A DNA stretch of 64,000 bases from contig JBIKIO010000001.1 of assembly GCA_044361555.1 (NCBI GenBank), positions 8,393 through 72,392 of the forward strand, read 5' to 3'. Shown here piece by piece: positions 60,649-64,000 of the stretch (positions are counted from its first letter, which is position 1; the number at the start of each line of letters is the position of its first letter). The notes under the pieces were generated by a model. It was not told where the DNA came from. It did not search any database and saw nothing but the letters and a program-made list of their open reading frames with translations. The DNA is from Opitutales bacterium. GTDB taxonomy: Bacteria > Verrucomicrobiota > Verrucomicrobiia > Opitutales > UBA953. The translations under genes and the position numbers were made by a program.

Positions 60649-61170
60649 ATGGCATTGCGCATCAGCACAGTCATCAGCGTCGTCAGCTGGTTGTTCGAAA
60701 CGTGCAAGGAATTGTCAACGCCGCCGCCCCATCGCGCAGTCGCCTCCCCTACCCCGGTCTGGGACGAGGTCGAAATGCAGTCCAGTGGGCTGATCATCCG
60801 ACAGTGGCATGCGCAGGCCTTCGCCGCTCATCACTCCAAGCGCGGCCTGAGCGCAGCGCTCCGGAAAGAACTACGGCGACAAGCCGACCACCTGTCGAAG
60901 ACGCCATACGAGGACCGAGACACCGTCATGCGCTTGAGGCGACATCTTGACGCTGCGCTGAAGGTGTCGGCTGACGATGAAGCCACGATCAAGGCGGCCT
61001 TCCTGCACGTCTACCAATTCTTGCCTCATCTGAACAAAGAGTGGCTCCAGGATATCATCGACGACTGCCAGGTCTTGGCGCGCGTCCACCCCCCGACGAG
61101 GGCGTGCCACGCGCTGGTACGGCAGATGGCCAAGCACCTCGGCGTGAAGGTCCGCCGACTGCGCCGCTGA
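60649..61170 (+). CDS. Hypothetical helical protein (start uncertain: 60649 or 60775)
   Basis: Only ORF evidence and plausible composition. Competes with short antisense ORFs. No motif recognised. Confidence 0.4.
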   Translation: MALRISTVISVVSWLFETCKELSTPPPHRAVASPTPVWDEVEMQSSGLIIRQWHAQAFAAHHSKRGLSAALRKELRRQADHLSKTPYEDRDTVMRLRRHLDAALKVSADDEATIKAAFLHVYQFLPHLNKEWLQDIIDDCQVLARVHPPTRACHALVRQMAKHLGVKVRRLRR

Positions 61171-61277
61171 CAACTTTCAGCCATGCGTCTTGCACCCCTG
61201 ATCGAATTGCACGCCGAGTGGCACGATGGAGGGCAATTCGCCTAGGGCTAATTCACGCGACTCCCTGTCACAATCCT

Positions 61278-62105
61278 ATGCCCAACAAGCCAAAGCACTC
61301 ATCGTCCACCCGCCGGAAGCCCGCCGGAAGCAAAAGCCCGGGCAAGCATGACCTGACCAAGCCCCGCCAAGCCGGGAAGGCGCGAAGCGCGGGGTCTAAA
61401 TTCAGCCACCGTCCCTATAAGCCCCGGAAACCCACGCCCAAGAAGCCCCGCTCCGCGGAGGCGATCTTGCAGGAGGCACGTGCCACCCGGAAAGCCCTGA
61501 TCCGTAAGGCCAGCCGGCGCCCGAGCATTAAGGCCGTCTCCCGGCCTTCGCCGACCAGCGCCGCCCACCCCAAGAGTTCCGCTAGCCGGGTCTTCCCGCC
61601 GCTCTTGGAGGCCATCGGCAACCCTCCGGTCATCGCCAGCGGTCATGGGCAATACGACGCACGACCCGAGGTATGGGCCGCCGACGATTTCTACGTCATC
61701 GTCGAAGCCGAGCCGGCATGCGTCGGGGCCTTCGCCCGGGAGCTGATCGGTTTCCGCTACGTCATGTCGGCGAGCTGCTTCTACCGTGAAAGCCGCAGCC
61801 CGCACCCCCGGGCGCGCCGTCATCCGATCGCTATCTTCACCCTCGAACACTCGAAAGCGCTTCCCCATTCGGACCCAGGCTTCTTCGATCGCCTGTTGGG
61901 AGAGGAAGCCAAGCCGCTCAGCATGGTCGTCGGCGGGTTCGTCGCGGACGCTCGCCTCAGATTCGATAGCGTCAGTTACGACGAGGACTTCCCGCGCGGT
62001 AGACAGCGTCTGCTTGCCATGGCCCGAGAGCATGTCGGCATCAGACCCCATTTCGATTTCTACGGCTATCTCACCCAGGGAGAGATCCTCCCGGCCATGA
62101 GGTAA
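61278..62105 (+). CDS. Hypothetical protein: basic K/R/P-rich N-terminal region + domain paralogous to 58421-59002
   Basis: The ATG at 61278 gives MPNKPKHSSSTRRKPAGSKSPGKHDLTKPRQAGKARSAG.... The C-terminal domain shares the blocks listed under 58421-59002. The track ORF start 61041 overlaps the previous ORF. Confidence 0.65.
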   Translation: MPNKPKHSSSTRRKPAGSKSPGKHDLTKPRQAGKARSAGSKFSHRPYKPRKPTPKKPRSAEAILQEARATRKALIRKASRRPSIKAVSRPSPTSAAHPKSSASRVFPPLLEAIGNPPVIASGHGQYDARPEVWAADDFYVIVEAEPACVGAFARELIGFRYVMSASCFYRESRSPHPRARRHPIAIFTLEHSKALPHSDPGFFDRLLGEEAKPLSMVVGGFVADARLRFDSVSYDEDFPRGRQRLLAMAREHVGIRPHFDFYGYLTQGEILPAMR

Positions 62106-62296
62106 GCAGGCCAAGCCGAGTTGATCCGGTGATCGGTTGGCAAAAGAGACAAAGATGCCGTGCAAAGGTGCAAATCGGCTTAGGTCTGTGCAAAAGTGCA
62201 AAGGTGAGATGACCACGCCTCGGGTGGCAGGTGGCGAGCGTCCGTGTATCTAGGTAGGGGCAGCACCGCGTGCTGCCCTAGCTACCCCTCTGCATG

Positions 62297-62545
62297 CCCA
62301 ACCGCTAACCGCTATAACCTCGCGGCTCCACCGCGCTGGGTAGGGTCGGGACCGCGTCACGACATAGTTGTCTCTCTGTGTTCCCAACCGCCAACCGCTT
62401 ACCGCTAACCGCTCGCGGCATAGCCGCGGTTGGTAGGGATGACCGGCCCGGTCATCCTTGGTCGCGACACCGTCGCGCCCCTACCCAATGACCTAGGGGC
62501 TTTTCTGGCTTGAGGGTAGTCTGGCAAGAGACACATTAGATTATG
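62297..62545. repeat. Structured direct repeat, copy A (about 245 bp), 3' of a DUF3800 gene
   Basis: Aligns by eye with 63291-63535 over almost its whole length, with a few substitutions and one short indel. It contains AACCGCY heptamer runs, the hairpin CGCGGC-ATA-GCCGCG (62414-62428), the palindrome GGATGACCGG-C-CCGGTCATCC (62437-62457) and flanking GGTAGGG ... CCCTACC. Confidence 0.85.
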
Positions 62546-62617
62546 CAATGGGGTCTGGCATGAAAGGTAGCCTCACCATGGGCGGCTTTCCGCAAGGATA
62601 GTCCAGACCTCGCCCCT

Positions 62618-63187
62618 TTACCTGCACCACCAAAGATTCGCTTCTAGGTGGTGCAGGCCTTTGGGGACATTACGCCAGCCCTCACGCCATGCGTAGGCGT
62701 GGAAGCCGACAAGCATGTCAGCCATCTGTAACTGCGGACAGGCGTGGGACCGTTCCATGCGGACCTCCCTGGCACCTAAAGCGGCTCTTATCTCCGATGA
62801 GCGAAGGCGGTCCCGCTCGCCGTCGATGACGATCCTGACAGCCGGCTTATGAAAGCCGAAGGCATCGTAACAATGAAGCATCACCGCCACCTCGGGGCGA
62901 TACCCAGATGGCAATGGACCACGTTGCTTATCCCAGATCGCCACGCGGTGCGCGACAAGTAACCGCGCCATAGCTGTCAGGTAAGCCATTCTCACATCGG
63001 ATGGCATCTTCGACCACTTGAACTCGCCTGACCATCTGAGCCCGACGCGGGTCTTTTCCTGAGCCTCGGCAAGCCGAGCCGCGGTTTCTCCGTCAGCACA
63101 GTGCAGCATAGCTATGGCGAAGTAAGACGACGAACCTGATTTGGTCGACAGCCCCGGATCGCCGCTTTCGTCACAAAAAATCAACAT
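62618..63187 (-). CDS. DUF3800-family protein, 189 aa
   Basis: The ATG at 63187 gives MLIFCDESGDPGLSTKSGSSSYFAIAML (DUF3800-type start) and a later LQMADMLVG. The track start 63295 is a TTG inside the repeat. Confidence 0.7.
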   Translation of the reverse strand: MLIFCDESGDPGLSTKSGSSSYFAIAMLHCADGETAARLAEAQEKTRVGLRWSGEFKWSKMPSDVRMAYLTAMARLLVAHRVAIWDKQRGPLPSGYRPEVAVMLHCYDAFGFHKPAVRIVIDGERDRLRSSEIRAALGAREVRMERSHACPQLQMADMLVGFHAYAWREGWRNVPKGLHHLEANLWWCR

Positions 63188-63290
63188 ACACCATTGCCTT
63201 GATTGGAATCGGTTTCGGCAACCCGACCTCATTGGTGACTTAACTTCAGATGCAGCTGAGCGGTTAAACTGCCTATAGCCAAATCCCTCC

Positions 63291-63535
63291 CCCAACCGCT
63301 AACCGCCAACCGCTTCCACCTAACCTGGGTAGGGTCGGGACCGCGTCACGACATAGCTGCCTCTCTGTGCTCCCAACCGCCAACCGCTTACCGCCAACCG
63401 CTCGCGGCATAGCCGCGGTAGGTAGGGATGACCGGCTCGGTCATCCTCGGGCGCGCGGGCCGCACGCCCCTACCCTACGACATAGGGGTTTTTCCGGCTT
63501 GAGGGTAAATGGACATCAGACACTCTTTAGTTATC
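63291..63535. repeat. Structured direct repeat, copy B, 3' of the second DUF3800 gene
   Basis: See copy A. The offset between copies is 994 bp. Confidence 0.85.
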
Positions 63536-63614
63536 GGTCGAGAGGCCGATGAGAAAGGTCCCTCCTCGGTGACAAGAGCTCTCGGGAGCTCTTCCGTCAG
63601 GATAGCCGAGGAGG

Positions 63615-64000
63615 TCAACCTTCACCAATCACCGCGAGGTGGACGATGGGATTACCCAACGCTTCCATCGGCCTGATGTCTTGGCTCACGATCTGACGCC
63701 AGACCGCCCAAGTACAGTAATCTGCGATCTGCAGTTCGAGACTCGAAGCAGACGAGTGGAAGTGAACCGAACGATGTCCGGCGCCCTGACGGACGGCCTT
63801 CATGATGGCCTTACGAGAACGCTGCAAAGGCACGCGATCGGCGTAGACGGGACAATCGCCTGAGGCAGGCTGAGACAACGACAAGACCAACTTGAAGAGG
63901 TCGACGTAAACTTGAGATAAATCCTCAGGCGGCTTCGTGCAGGTCGACTTATCCAGGACGATGGCGAAGACTTGGGAGCCGGCACCCGTTGCCGCCAAAC
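63615..64000 (-). CDS. DUF3800-family protein, N-terminus beyond the window (partial)
   Basis: The C-terminal part has LQIADYCTWAVWR, which parallels LQMADMLVGFHAYAWR in the neighbouring gene. The track start at 63998 is a TTG, and the frame is open to the window edge. Confidence 0.55.
   Translation of the reverse strand, partial: LAATGAGSQVFAIVLDKSTCTKPPEDLSQVYVDLFKLVLSLSQPASGDCPVYADRVPLQRSRKAIMKAVRQGAGHRSVHFHSSASSLELQIADYCTWAVWRQIVSQDIRPMEALGNPIVHLAVIGEG

Noticed and set aside
62297-62420. Possible CRISPR array, suggested by the short tandem AACCGCY units
   Set aside because: The units are only 7 bp and directly abutting, with no spacers. No cas genes are present, and the whole 245-bp block is itself duplicated.
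62106-62617. Possible tRNA or other known RNA gene in the 512-nt non-coding stretch
   Set aside because: I could not trace a cloverleaf or any RNA family signature I recognise. The stretch is better described as a REP-like structured repeat. An ncRNA cannot be excluded without covariance searches.
1-64000. Mobile element, prophage or integrase signatures
   Set aside because: I recognised no integrase, transposase, phage structural or tRNA-attachment features anywhere in the window.

Overview
GC-rich bacterial window. The gene content (many GYF_2, Sel1, RDD/PspC/DUF805 membrane-anchored proteins) resembles a PVC/Verrucomicrobia-type genome, but I cannot verify that. I call about 52 protein-coding genes and recognise no rRNA, tRNA, CRISPR array, transposase or integrase. 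All domain calls come from motifs read in the translations and recalled family signatures. No database search was possible.

Two caveats on the ORF track. It uses TTG/GTG as well as ATG starts, so many listed starts are over-extended. It also omits ORFs that lack a stop inside the window.

The window falls into three blocks.

(A) 1-31.7 kb, all on the minus strand. This is a tightly coupled 19-gene array. Read 5' to 3' it contains: two GYF_2 membrane proteins; a hypothetical protein; four paralogous polytopic membrane proteins with a shared C-terminal FHA-like domain (N-terminal modules: DUF2135-like, none, vWA, vWA); three small TerY-type vWA proteins; a membrane PP2C phosphatase; a Ser/Thr kinase; a vWA+TerY-C protein; a hypothetical protein; a RavA/MoxR-like AAA+ ATPase; three uncharacterised proteins (496 aa, a 916-aa coiled-coil protein, 141 aa); and a giant ORF of more than 3,230 aa that runs off the window and is absent from the track. 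This is a TerY-P triad embedded in a much larger assembly that I do not recognise as a described system.

(B) 31.7-48.4 kb. Five further GYF_2 fusion proteins, a Sel1 protein, a PDZ lipoprotein, a PARG-like macro protein, a vWA-DUF805 protein, an SNF2 helicase, a metallophosphoesterase, the CCA-adding enzyme and a DUF2779-like nuclease.

(C) 48.6-62.1 kb. Two non-canonical Hsp70 modules. Module 1 has two TM-anchored GrpE-like proteins, a short lidless Hsp70, a TM-TerB protein with a J-like tail, and a soluble M48-like protease. Module 2 has a J-like protein lacking HPD, two Sel1 proteins, unknown proteins, and an Hsp70 paralog whose nucleotide-binding motifs are all eroded.

The window ends with two DUF3800 genes. 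Each is followed by a roughly 245-bp structured direct repeat containing nested palindromes and 7-bp AACCGCY arrays.
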